This document shows, piece after piece, positions 1 to 8,995 of a DNA stretch of 64,000 nt. The notes beneath the pieces were generated by a model, which was given only the letters and a program-made list of their open reading frames with translations, had not been told where the DNA came from and did not search any database. Origin of the DNA: a bacterium (GTDB lineage Bacteria > RBG-13-61-14 > DATKZS01); contig CAXXFL010000006.1 in the NCBI GenBank assembly GCA_963674965.2, forward strand, positions 96,001-160,000. The letters are read 5' to 3'. The position numbers and the translations under genes are program-made. The stretch's first letter is position 1. Every line of letters starts with the position of its first letter.

Positions 1-1
1 G

Positions 2-730
2 ATGGGCAACTATATCTTCAACCGCGACCTTCTGGGCTACGCCTTCTCGGAGGACGCCAGGAAGGAATACGTGAGCAAGGACAAGCTTTTCAAGCTGCTC
101 GAGATGGACGCCGACGCCCAGGACAAGTACTCGACCCACGACATCGGCTACGACATCATCCCCTTCCTTTTCAAGAGCGGTCTTCGCATATCGGTTTACG
201 ACCTGGTGAACAACCGGGTCCCGGGCATGACGCTGCGGGAGGTCGGCTATTGGAGGGACGTGGGAAACATCGAGGAATTCTACGACGCCAACATGGACGT
301 TTGCGCCGTGGACCCGACCTTTAACCTTTACAACATGGAGTGGCCCATCCGCACGAGCGACACCCTTTTGCCTCCGGCCAAGTTCACGCTCAACAGCCAG
401 GTCTACAACTCGATAGTGAGCGAGGGAAGCATTATAACGCGGGCCCGCGTTATCAACTCGGTCCTTGGGTACGAGGTTCGGGCGGAGGACGGATCGAAGA
501 TCGACTTCTCCGTCGTGTGTAACGGCGTGACCGTGGGGGACGGGGCCAAGATAACCCGGACCATCGTGGACAAGTACGTCAACGTTCCGCCCCGCACGGT
601 GATCGGATACGACAAGGACGAGGACAGACAAAGGGGCTTCACCGTCTCGCCCACCGGCATTACCGTGGTCCCCAAGCGCTACGACTTCAAGCGCCGCGGC
701 GGATTGAACTCCGAGCCAAAGCCAAAATAA
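2..730 (+). CDS. glgC: Glucose-1-phosphate adenylyltransferase, C-terminal part (gene begins before the window)
   Basis: Motifs GNYIF, STHDIGYDIIP, GYWRDVG, WPIRT, LPPAKF, followed by left-handed beta-helix repeats (NSIVSEGSII, NSVLG). Confidence 0.9.
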   Translation: MGNYIFNRDLLGYAFSEDARKEYVSKDKLFKLLEMDADAQDKYSTHDIGYDIIPFLFKSGLRISVYDLVNNRVPGMTLREVGYWRDVGNIEEFYDANMDVCAVDPTFNLYNMEWPIRTSDTLLPPAKFTLNSQVYNSIVSEGSIITRARVINSVLGYEVRAEDGSKIDFSVVCNGVTVGDGAKITRTIVDKYVNVPPRTVIGYDKDEDRQRGFTVSPTGITVVPKRYDFKRRGGLNSEPKPK

Positions 731-760
731 TCGGAAAAAACGGCCTGAAGGGGATGAGGC

Positions 761-1132
761 TCAGTCCGACTCGACGGGCTGTTCCTCCTTGAGAAGATTG
801 AACACGAACTCCCTGATTCTTTCCTGGTCTTCCCTGCCGGTCCTCTCGAACTGGACGCCCATGCCCGGCTGGCGGTTGGACGTCTCCCGGGCGCCCCGGC
901 TCCAGACCACGGTCCCTTCCGTCTCGATGGGCTTCGGGTCTCCGGGCAGGCTGAAGCTTATCTTCAGTTCCGTGCCCACGGGATAGGGTTCCTGGGTAAT
1001 AAGGAACATGCCGCCGGCGCTCACGTTCCCCGTCACGTAAAGGGGCACCCGCTCCAGGGTCTTGTTCTTGTCGAACACCTGGATACGGACGACCGCCCTT
1101 AAAGTTCCTCGCCGCTCGGCCATGGACGCCAC
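761..1132 (-). CDS. PilZ-domain protein (TIGR02266-like); start may be ATG at 1123
   Basis: RxxxR (ERRGTLR), NVSAGGMF (D/NxSxxG) and GMGVQF motifs. Confidence 0.85.
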   Translation of the reverse strand: MASMAERRGTLRAVVRIQVFDKNKTLERVPLYVTGNVSAGGMFLITQEPYPVGTELKISFSLPGDPKPIETEGTVVWSRGARETSNRQPGMGVQFERTGREDQERIREFVFNLLKEEQPVESD

Positions 1133-1221
1133 TCCCGATGGGCATTCATCGCCCGCCCGGTCCCCCGCGGGGAGCGTCGGGCGAGCGCGTGATTACAGTC
1201 TACGAGGCCATCAGGCCATAA

Positions 1222-1308
1222 TTACTTTTTATGACGCTGTTTCTTCAGCATTTTGCGCTTTTTGTGCTTGCGCATTTTTTTTCTTCGCTTTTTAATGACG
1301 CTTCCCAT
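1222..1308 (-). CDS. Small basic AURKAIP1/COX24-domain protein (bS22/mS38-like ribosomal protein), 28 aa
   Basis: Manual translation MGSVIKKRRKKMRKHKKRKMLKKQRHKK*, preceded by the RBS AAAGGAG; below the ORF-track size cut-off. Confidence 0.85.
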   Translation of the reverse strand: MGSVIKKRRKKMRKHKKRKMLKKQRHKK

Positions 1309-1469
1309 GTCGTCTCCTTTAAAATTTCAAGAGTTTAAAGACACATAAAAAATAACTGATTGCGCCGCGGCCGTCAAACGAGGCCATGACGCAATCATGA
1401 TTATTATAGTCCAGACTCTGGAAAAGGCAAAATCTCCCGCCAAAAGAAAGAACGCCGTGATGGAAAATC

Positions 1470-3053
1470 CTAGCGCCTTCTCCTTTTCCTGCCCTTTTTG
1501 GGCGGATGCGGATAGGGCCGGCCGGGCGCGTTATCATCCGGGGCCGCGCCATGGCCCGGCGCCTCGGGCGGCGCGGACCGCGAATCGCCGCCCGGAGGCC
1601 GCGACTCTTCCCCGTTTGGCCGCGCCGGCCGCTCGTGCCTTTTTTGTCCCTGATTCGCCGTATTCGATTCTTCCGGGGAGTCGCCCGGTCCCCTTTCTCC
1701 ACGCGTCTTTCTGGTATCCCGTCCCCTTCGGTCGTGCTTTCGGGGTCTTTTCTCCTTTTTGCCCGCGGGTTTATTCCTCTCTCCCTCGTGGGGGCGGCTT
1801 TTAGCCAGCACTTCGTCCTTTTCCGATCGATTCTCCTTTTGAGGATGGGGTTTTCTTCTCGCGTCCGCGCCGCCCCTGGGCCGGGGACCGCGTCGGTCGT
1901 CATAAGCCCTTCCCGGTTTGGGCGCCTCCCTGGACCCTATTTTCTCGAGCACGCTGGGGTCGTCGCTCTCGAGCAGGCTCGAGTCGATTCCGTCCATGGT
2001 GGACTCGTCCTCCTCGGGCGCTGGCGGTTCCTTGCCGGGGGGGAAAAGCTGGTCGGCCGGCAGGAACACGGTCTTGCCCGACTCGAGCTCGACCAGGGCG
2101 GTCTCGGCCAGGATGTTAAGATCGATTATCCGGCACGGTCCCTGATGGCTCGTCATCAACTTTCCCTTCTTGGGCATGCTTTTTATTTTTTCCCGATACA
2201 GCTTGTGCTCGTAGGCCAGGCAGCACATGAGCCTTCCGCAAAGACCGGAAACCTTGGAGGGGTTCATGGCCAGGTTCTGGTCCTTGGCCATCCTGACCGA
2301 CACGGGCGAGAAGTCGGAGAGGAAGGAAGAGCAGCAAACCTCGCGGCCGCAGGGTCCCAGCCCTCCTATCATCTTGGTTTCGTCCCGCACCCCGATCTGT
2401 CTCATCTCGATCCGGGTGTGAAGCTCGCGCGCAAGGTCCTTGACCAGTTCCCTGAAGTCGACCCGCTGCTCGGCGGTGAAATAAAAGATGGCCTTGCTCG
2501 CGTCGTGGAGATACTCGACCTTGACCAGCTTCATATCCATGCCCCGCTGACGAATCTTCCCCGAGCAGAAATCCTGGGCCTCCTGCTCGCGCTGCTTGTT
2601 CTTCCGGCTCCGCTCGAGGTCGTTCCAGTTGGCCTTGCGGATCACTCTTTTCAGCTCCTGCGTGAGCTGCGACTGGTCCAGCTCGACCACGGGCGTCACC
2701 ACCCGTACCAGCCCGAGGCCCCTGTCCGTCTCGACTATAAGCTGGTCGCCAATGTTGAAATTAAGGTGGCCGGCGTTGAAAAAGTAGGTCTTGCCCGCCC
2801 GACGAAACTTAACGCCCACCACTCGCGCCACGCCCGAGGCGTCCTCCGCGGCGGCCGCCTCATCGGGAGCGGCCCCGACCTCCGGGTCTTCCACGCCGTC
2901 CTCGTCGGGCGCGTGGGGCTCGGCCAAGGCGGCTTCCATGGCCGCGTCCTCGAGAGGCCGCTCCTCATCGCTCACGGCCAGGAGAGCGGCGTCCGCCGTC
3001 TCCTCGGTTTGCTCGTCCTGTTCCTCTTGCCTGGGTTCCAATTTATCGTTCAT
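1470..3053 (-). CDS. PSP1-domain protein (RicT/YaaT family) with acidic N-terminal and basic disordered C-terminal extensions
   Basis: VGVKFRRAGKTYFF, FYFTAEQRVDFRELVKDLA, IEMRQIGVRDE, GPCGREVCC and SGLCGRLMCCLAYE; lies downstream of holB as usual. Confidence 0.9.
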   Translation of the reverse strand: MNDKLEPRQEEQDEQTEETADAALLAVSDEERPLEDAAMEAALAEPHAPDEDGVEDPEVGAAPDEAAAAEDASGVARVVGVKFRRAGKTYFFNAGHLNFNIGDQLIVETDRGLGLVRVVTPVVELDQSQLTQELKRVIRKANWNDLERSRKNKQREQEAQDFCSGKIRQRGMDMKLVKVEYLHDASKAIFYFTAEQRVDFRELVKDLARELHTRIEMRQIGVRDETKMIGGLGPCGREVCCSSFLSDFSPVSVRMAKDQNLAMNPSKVSGLCGRLMCCLAYEHKLYREKIKSMPKKGKLMTSHQGPCRIIDLNILAETALVELESGKTVFLPADQLFPPGKEPPAPEEDESTMDGIDSSLLESDDPSVLEKIGSREAPKPGRAYDDRRGPRPRGGADARRKPHPQKENRSEKDEVLAKSRPHEGERNKPAGKKEKRPRKHDRRGRDTRKTRGERGPGDSPEESNTANQGQKRHERPARPNGEESRPPGGDSRSAPPEAPGHGAAPDDNAPGRPYPHPPKKGRKRRRR

Positions 3054-4036
3054 CGCGAGTTCATCTCCGCGCCGGCCACTCCCGCGAGGGTCATGGCGAG
3101 TATTTCCCAGTTGATCCTGGGATGAGCGTTTCCCAGCGCCCTTCTCCGCGCCAGGTTCACGGTTTCCATTTTTCCGATCACCTCGGCGAGACCGTTTCGT
3201 CTCGCTTCCCTTTTCACCAGCTCGAGAAGGTCCCGGCCCCTGACCTTCCCGGCGCCCGTCTTTTGATACATGACGTCGCGCAGGAACTCGCTTATGGCGT
3301 CAAGCGAGTCCTCGATCGGGTAGGGCCCCTTGGCCATGGCCTCGGCGAAGTTGAGGATGGGGGCCGCGTCGGACGGGCCGAACCCCATGAGACGTTCAAT
3401 CATCTCACGTCGGAAGGTCAGAACAAAATCGAGGTCCAACTGCATGGCCTTCCTGGCGTTGCCGTTGGCCAATGAGGCCACCAGGGCCGCGTCATCCCCG
3501 GACACGCCCCGGCCCTTGACCATCTCGGCCACGGCCTCGTCGGGCAGGGCCGAGAACTCGATCCTCTGGCACCTCGAGAGGATGGTGGGCAGGGCCCCGC
3601 TGGGGTTGGCGCTGGTAAGTATAAGCGCCGTGTCGTCGGGCGGTTCCTCGAGGGTCTTTAAAAAGGCATTCTGGGCCTCGAGGGTCATCCTCTCGGCCTC
3701 GATCACCACCGCCGCCTTGAAGCCGCCCTCGAAGCCGTGAAGCCTGAGGGACTGGCCAAGCGCCCTTATCTGGTCGATGCGTATGTTCCTGCCCTCGGCC
3801 TCGACCACGGTGAGGTCGGGGTGAGACCCGGCCCGGGCCCGTCGGCAGGGACCGCAGTCCCCGCAGGAGGGAAAGGACCTTTGGTCGCAGAGCAGGGAAT
3901 AACAGAACTCGAGGGCCATCTCCCGCTTGCCGCACCCCTCGGGCCCGCTGAAAAAGTAGGCGTGCGCCATCCTCTCGTTCGCGAGGGCCCGGGCGAGTAT
4001 CTTTCCAATCAGCGGGTGAGCCTCGATCAAATCCAC
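3050..4036 (-). CDS. holB: DNA polymerase III subunit delta'
   Basis: HAYFFSGPEGCGK, zinc module (CGDCGPC), HPD, QNAFLKTLEEPP, LPTILSRCQ. Confidence 0.92.
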   Translation of the reverse strand: MDLIEAHPLIGKILARALANERMAHAYFFSGPEGCGKREMALEFCYSLLCDQRSFPSCGDCGPCRRARAGSHPDLTVVEAEGRNIRIDQIRALGQSLRLHGFEGGFKAAVVIEAERMTLEAQNAFLKTLEEPPDDTALILTSANPSGALPTILSRCQRIEFSALPDEAVAEMVKGRGVSGDDAALVASLANGNARKAMQLDLDFVLTFRREMIERLMGFGPSDAAPILNFAEAMAKGPYPIEDSLDAISEFLRDVMYQKTGAGKVRGRDLLELVKREARRNGLAEVIGKMETVNLARRRALGNAHPRINWEILAMTLAGVAGAEMNSR

Positions 4037-4070
4037 GCGTCCTTTCCGGGAGCGCCCGAGCCGCTCCTTT

Positions 4071-4631
4071 TCATTCCTTCTCCCTGACTATGTGGGCGGA
4101 GAAAACCTCGATTCTTATTCCCTTGTGCCTCCAGGCGTCCCTGGGCAGGCCGGCCTTGATGCAGACGTGGTCCAGGAAAGTCTCCCGGTCCCATTTCTGC
4201 TCGACCGCCACCTGGGGAAGAAGCACTCCCCGTCGGCCTCCCTTGGTCACGAAAATCCCGTGCCTGCCCACCTCGATCTCGCTTACGTCGCTTATTTCCC
4301 GGAGGGGTGAAAGAACGGATATCTCGAGGTCCGTTCGGGGAAGCTCGTCCTCCGCCAGATTGGGGAAACGGGGATCGCCCCAGCCCGCGGAAATGGCCAT
4401 GTTCTGGACCGTGTGGGCCAGATCGCCCTCGCCGGTGAAGGTCCCGATGCAGCCGCGAAGGCGGCCATCCTTATGGATGGTCACGAAGGCCCCCTGGTCA
4501 CCGGATAGACGTGGGGGAAGAGCGGTGGGAAGGTCGGGTTTCCGACCGTTTTTCGCGTAAGAGTCGATGGCCTCGCGGGCTATGGCGATAAGGGTTTTGC
4601 CCTCTTCCGGGTCCAGTTTGAATTCAGTCAT
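4071..4631 (-). CDS. amrA: AMMECR1-family protein (AmmeMemoRadiSam system protein A)
   Basis: GAFVTI, LRGCIG, DPRF, EISVLS, GVLLPQV, KAGL motifs. Confidence 0.88.
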   Translation of the reverse strand: MTEFKLDPEEGKTLIAIAREAIDSYAKNGRKPDLPTALPPRLSGDQGAFVTIHKDGRLRGCIGTFTGEGDLAHTVQNMAISAGWGDPRFPNLAEDELPRTDLEISVLSPLREISDVSEIEVGRHGIFVTKGGRRGVLLPQVAVEQKWDRETFLDHVCIKAGLPRDAWRHKGIRIEVFSAHIVREKE

Positions 4632-4723
4632 GGTCGCTCCCCGGCGTACCGCGTCAACGCCGAATGATCTAAACGGCCGGGGCTTTCAGGAAAGAGGCCG
4701 GAAAAAGCGGCGGGAACAAGGCG

Positions 4724-5053
4724 TCAGTGGAGCGCGTTCTGGTTGACCATTATGGTCTTTTCGATCATCTGGAAATAAAGATAGATGATAACGTCCTGCA
4801 CTTCCTTGGGCAGGGACTCGATGAAGTCCTTTTTATCCTCGAAGTCGGGAATGGAAAGGACCTCGTTGATGGCCTCCCGAACCTCGCGGGCCATCTCCGC
4901 CCCCAGAGCGCTGAGCTCGACGTCGGTCTTGGAAAAGGCGTCCCTTATCCTGTCGTTGTCGAAAAGAACGTGGTTGCCGCGCGAGCCAAGGTTAAAAACG
5001 TACTCCAAGGGCGAGTACTCAACCTCGAATGTATCTTCAAACTTGATCGCCAT
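4724..5053 (-). CDS. Hypothetical protein, 109 aa
   Basis: Clean ORF with host-like codon usage and an upstream GGAGA; no recognised motif. Confidence 0.65.
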   Translation of the reverse strand: MAIKFEDTFEVEYSPLEYVFNLGSRGNHVLFDNDRIRDAFSKTDVELSALGAEMAREVREAINEVLSIPDFEDKKDFIESLPKEVQDVIIYLYFQMIEKTIMVNQNALH

Positions 5054-5259
5054 TTTTCAATGTCTCCCGATTTGGGCCGTTTTCCGCTTTTCGAGAATCA
5101 TTCCCTAGAGTGCCCCAATACTCTATGACTAAAGTATACATCCGACTTTGTCAAGCATCAAGATCGGCCGAAAAAATAACGGACCCTCACGGCCCGAGCC
5201 GGCGGCCTCTCCCCTCCTTCGCGGCCGGGAAAGGCCCCGGGCAATGGCCGCAAACAACC

Positions 5260-5760
5260 CTATTTCACCTCGAAGAACTTCGCCCTGGGCGCGCCGCAGA
5301 CGGGGCAGGTATCGGGCGGCTCGCCCACCTCGGTGTTCCCGCAGACATCGCAGACGTAAATGGGCGCGTCGGCCAAGTCCTTGCCCGACCGCACCGACTC
5401 GAGCGCCTCCGCGTAAAGGCCATGGTGGATTTCCTCGACCGCCAGGGCGTGCTTGAAGGAAAAGGTGGCCGCCTGGTTTTTCTCCTTCTCGGCTTCCTCG
5501 AGCATCTTGGGGTACATGTCCTGGAACTCGAAGCCCTCGCCCTCGATGGCCGCCTCGAGGTTGGCCGCCGTGTCCTTTATCCCCTTCATGGCGCGCAGAT
5601 GCGCGTGAGCGTGGACCGTCTCGGCCGCCGCCGCCGCCCGGAAGAGCCGGGCCACCTGGGGAAAGCCGTCCTTTTCCGCCTTCTCGGCGAAGGCCAGGTA
5701 CTTTCTATTAGCCTGACTCTCGCCCGCGAAGGCCTCCTTCAAGTTGTCCATGGTCGCCAT
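5260..5760 (-). CDS. rbr: Rubrerythrin
   Basis: AFAGESQANRKY, ETVHA, EEIHH diiron motifs; C-terminal rubredoxin-like CDVCG...CPVCG. Confidence 0.92.
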   Translation of the reverse strand: MATMDNLKEAFAGESQANRKYLAFAEKAEKDGFPQVARLFRAAAAAETVHAHAHLRAMKGIKDTAANLEAAIEGEGFEFQDMYPKMLEEAEKEKNQAATFSFKHALAVEEIHHGLYAEALESVRSGKDLADAPIYVCDVCGNTEVGEPPDTCPVCGAPRAKFFEVK

Positions 5761-5908
5761 CGTCGATTCCTCCTTAAATCGTTATAAAACTTTCGCGCTT
5801 TCGTTTAAAGTCCGCCGTAAGAATATAGATCGATCGGCGCCCGATTTCCACGAGGGCCGAGCCGGCCGGATATCCCTCGCCTATCTCCCCTCACCGGAAG
5901 GACCCGTC

Positions 5909-8556
5909 TTACTTCTCCTCCATGTTCTTTTCCCTTTCCTGCATTTGCTTTTCCATCTTATAGTCCAGTCCCATCTTCTCGTTCTTGCCAAAGGCCTGGG
6001 GATGAAGGTACGTGCCCTTCTCGTCCACCGACTTCTCCCGTTCAACGGGAATACGGTTGGCCTCGGCGAAGGCGTCCTTGCGGACGCCCGTCACCTGCCA
6101 TGAGACCTTCATGCCCGGGTCGCCGCCGGAGATAGCGAAGCGGTTGTCGGCTATCTCCTCGGCCACGTAGAGGCCGGGGCCGGCCGCGCCGATGGGGGTC
6201 AACTGATATCGGAAATCCTTGTTCAGGGCCTCGAACCACTCGGGCAGGACCACCTCGGCCCGGCCCGTCTCGTCCAGGACCGCGACCCCGTCGTAGATGT
6301 TCTTCATGTCCGGGCTTTCCACGAAGGAGTGATAAAGGTATTTGTTCTCCGGATCGAGGGGATGATCGATCTTGAACGATCCTGCCCCCTTGGACAGGGT
6401 ACCGGAAACCGTGACGTTGCCTGAGAAGTACCCCGCGTACCTGGTGGCCCCGCCGCCGGTACTGGCGTAAACGCCGTAGGCGGTCCCCGTGTCGGAGGTG
6501 GCGCGTCCGACCACGCCCCAGGCGTTGTCGTCGGCGTAAGCGGTGAAGTATCCTCCGTATCCGTCCGCGGTCGAGCCCGAGGACCCGTTACACAAAGCGT
6601 ATCCGTAAACGCCGTAGCCCGATACGTTCTCGGTGGTATTCATTTCCGCCCTTCCATAAACTCCATAACGGCTGAATAAGGTATGGCTGTTGGAGCCGTA
6701 GACGGCGTAGAGATTGGTATCGGTCACGACGCCCAGTTTCGCGCCGCCCACAACCTCGCTGATTCCGACATTGCCGGCATAGCCTATAACCATCGCGTCC
6801 GAGCCGCTAACGCTGAAAGAGAGGCCGTTAGTGGCGTGATCGTAACCGATATAACCGGGGGACCGGAAGTTATCCGAAAAGACGATCCCGCCGAGACTAT
6901 TGGAGCCGGAGATGATATTGATCATGTTGTCGCCGTCGTTCTCGACCGTCAACACGTCGGTGGCCGGGACTGGATTCGATCCTCCCCCCGAGCCGCCGAA
7001 CACGTGCAGCGTCGTCTCCGGAGCGCCCGTCCCGACTCCCACGTATCCGTTATCGCGGCGGATCGACATATGGGGGCCGTAAACGTTGGAGGACGATTTG
7101 CCATAGAAATAAAGATTGTTATCACCTCCGTCATATTTAAGGGAAATACCGAAAGTGCCGTCGTCGTCCTCGGCCAGGTAAAGCTCGGAGTCCGAGCCGC
7201 TCGAGGATTGAGCGGGGCCTATTATCATTCTCCCGGTGGTGGTCCCGCCGACCAACGTGGCGTTCCCTATCGAGTCGATGGTGAGGCGGGGCTGGGTTTG
7301 CGTATAAAACGACATCGAGTCCGCGGCGTGGTCGTATCTTATCATGCCGGAGTTTCTCATGTCGTCGCTGAACATTATGCCCGCGCCCGAGCTCGAGGTC
7401 GTGATGAGATTGATATATTCCCAGCCGTCGCTCTCGAGGGCCAGGGGATCGTAAGTGGGAAAAGGATTCTGACCGCCTCCCTCGCCCAGGTAAAGATGCA
7501 GCCGGGCCTCGGGAGAGGGCGTTCCCACTCCCACGTATCCGGTCTCGCTGATCCGCATGAGCTCGGCCGGAGCGCTCATCGAGTTCTTGCCGAACACGAT
7601 GCTCCTAAGGTCGGCGTCGTCGTTGTTGGAGTCCATGATGATGGACAGGTTGTCCTCGGCGGAAAGACGGAGGTCGCCGGAGTCGTCGAAAACGTCGCCG
7701 CCAGTTACCGCCACGTCCCCGCTTACGGTCACGTCGTCGGAAAAGAAGAAAAGGCCGTCGTCGTCGTCCCATTCAATATATTCGTCGTCGGCGTCGAAAA
7801 ACAGATAATCGTTATCGCCGTTGCCGCCGTATCCTATCGAAAGGTATCCGTAAAGGCGTCCCGACCACAGAGACGCCGGATCGAGGTAATAATTCCAGTT
7901 GTAAAGGTCGCGAAATTGATTGGCCAGAATCCAGTCCCCCCTGAACTCGGCGACGCCGTCGACCACCAGGTCGGAGGCGCACTGCAGGTCTCCCAGCACC
8001 GTGTCTCCATCCACCAGGACGTAAATGTCCTGAATATCGTCGGCGCCGAGGGAGTGGTCCTCGATTTGGTCCGAGTTGATGGAGCCGTTGGCGACGTTCG
8101 CGCCGGTTATCGTGAGAAGACCGATATCGTCTCCCGTTACCTCGCCGTCCCGGATCATGGCCGAGGTGATCGAGTCGTCGGCAAGACCGCCGGCCTTAAA
8201 GGCGTAGGGCACGCTGGTAAGGCGTTGCCGGGGCGTCATCGTGTCGCCGCCCACCACCAGCTCCATGAAGACGGTGGAGCCATTGAAAACGGAGGGAACC
8301 ATGGTTACCGAGTCTCCAAGAACGACCGAAAAAAGACCCGATTCCACCTCGACCAGCTTGGTTTCCGACCACAGCCTGGCGCCTCCCGCGTCCGAGTTAT
8401 ACAAGGAAAACTCCACCGGAACGCTCATGCCCGTGACGGGATTGCCCGCGGAATCCATAAGACGCCCCTGATAATTGATAGTGCCGGGAACGGACTGCGC
8501 CAAGGACGCGGTAGCCACCAACAAATTCCCCAAACATACAGCCAACCCCTTTTCAT
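5909..8556 (-). CDS. Large secreted fibre/adhesin-like protein with a C-terminal intramolecular-chaperone-like domain; probable frameshift within the signal peptide
   Basis: N-terminal INYQGRL...TSVPYA module, repeated GxVGVGT beta-repeats, YGVYG repeats, C-terminal GSFKIDHPLDPENKYLYHSFVESP. The best RBS (AGGAGG) and ATG at 8556 are out of frame with the long ORF 5909..8593. Confidence 0.7.
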
Positions 8557-8824
8557 TTTTTCCCCTCCTGTTTTGAATGCCCCTAAGAGCCAAGGCCCTT
8601 CCACCCGTCTTTGCAACCCCTATGAAGGACGCTTTAACTTACCACTTAAACTTTCGGAAAACAATGGTTAATTTCCTTTTCTCATTCCCGTAAAACTATT
8701 GATTTCCTAGGAAATATCCAGGGGTCGAGGCCGGATATTTCCGCGTTTTTTCCAATTGACGCGCAAAGCATTTACATTTGCCCGGCATATCTTTGGAAAA
8801 ATCGTATTAATAACGTAATGAGGT

Positions 8825-8853
8825 TTGCATTTTTTTACCAAGTGTGGTAATTT
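8825..8853 (+). promoter_or_regulatory. Putative sigma70 promoter for the acyl-CoA dehydrogenase gene
   Basis: TTGCAT (8825-8830), 17-bp spacer, TG-n-TAATTT (8845-8853). Confidence 0.45.
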
Positions 8854-8871
8854 TTGTATTCAGCCAGGTAA

Positions 8872-8891
8872 ATGAATGAGCGATCATTCAT
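8872..8891. promoter_or_regulatory. Palindromic operator, TetR-family FadR(YsiA)-like box
   Basis: ATGAATGA-GCGA-TCATTCAT, a perfect 8-bp inverted repeat upstream of a fatty-acid degradation gene; resembles the TGAATGA-N4-TCATTCA boxes of Bacillus-type FadR. Confidence 0.6.
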
Positions 8892-8995
8892 CATCCCGCG
8901 CGCGGCGATAATATCTCTTCAACAAGGAGCTCAACAAGGAGCGCGTTTTCGAGTTTTAATTAAGTTCATTTATTTTATATGCCAAGGAGGTAAAC

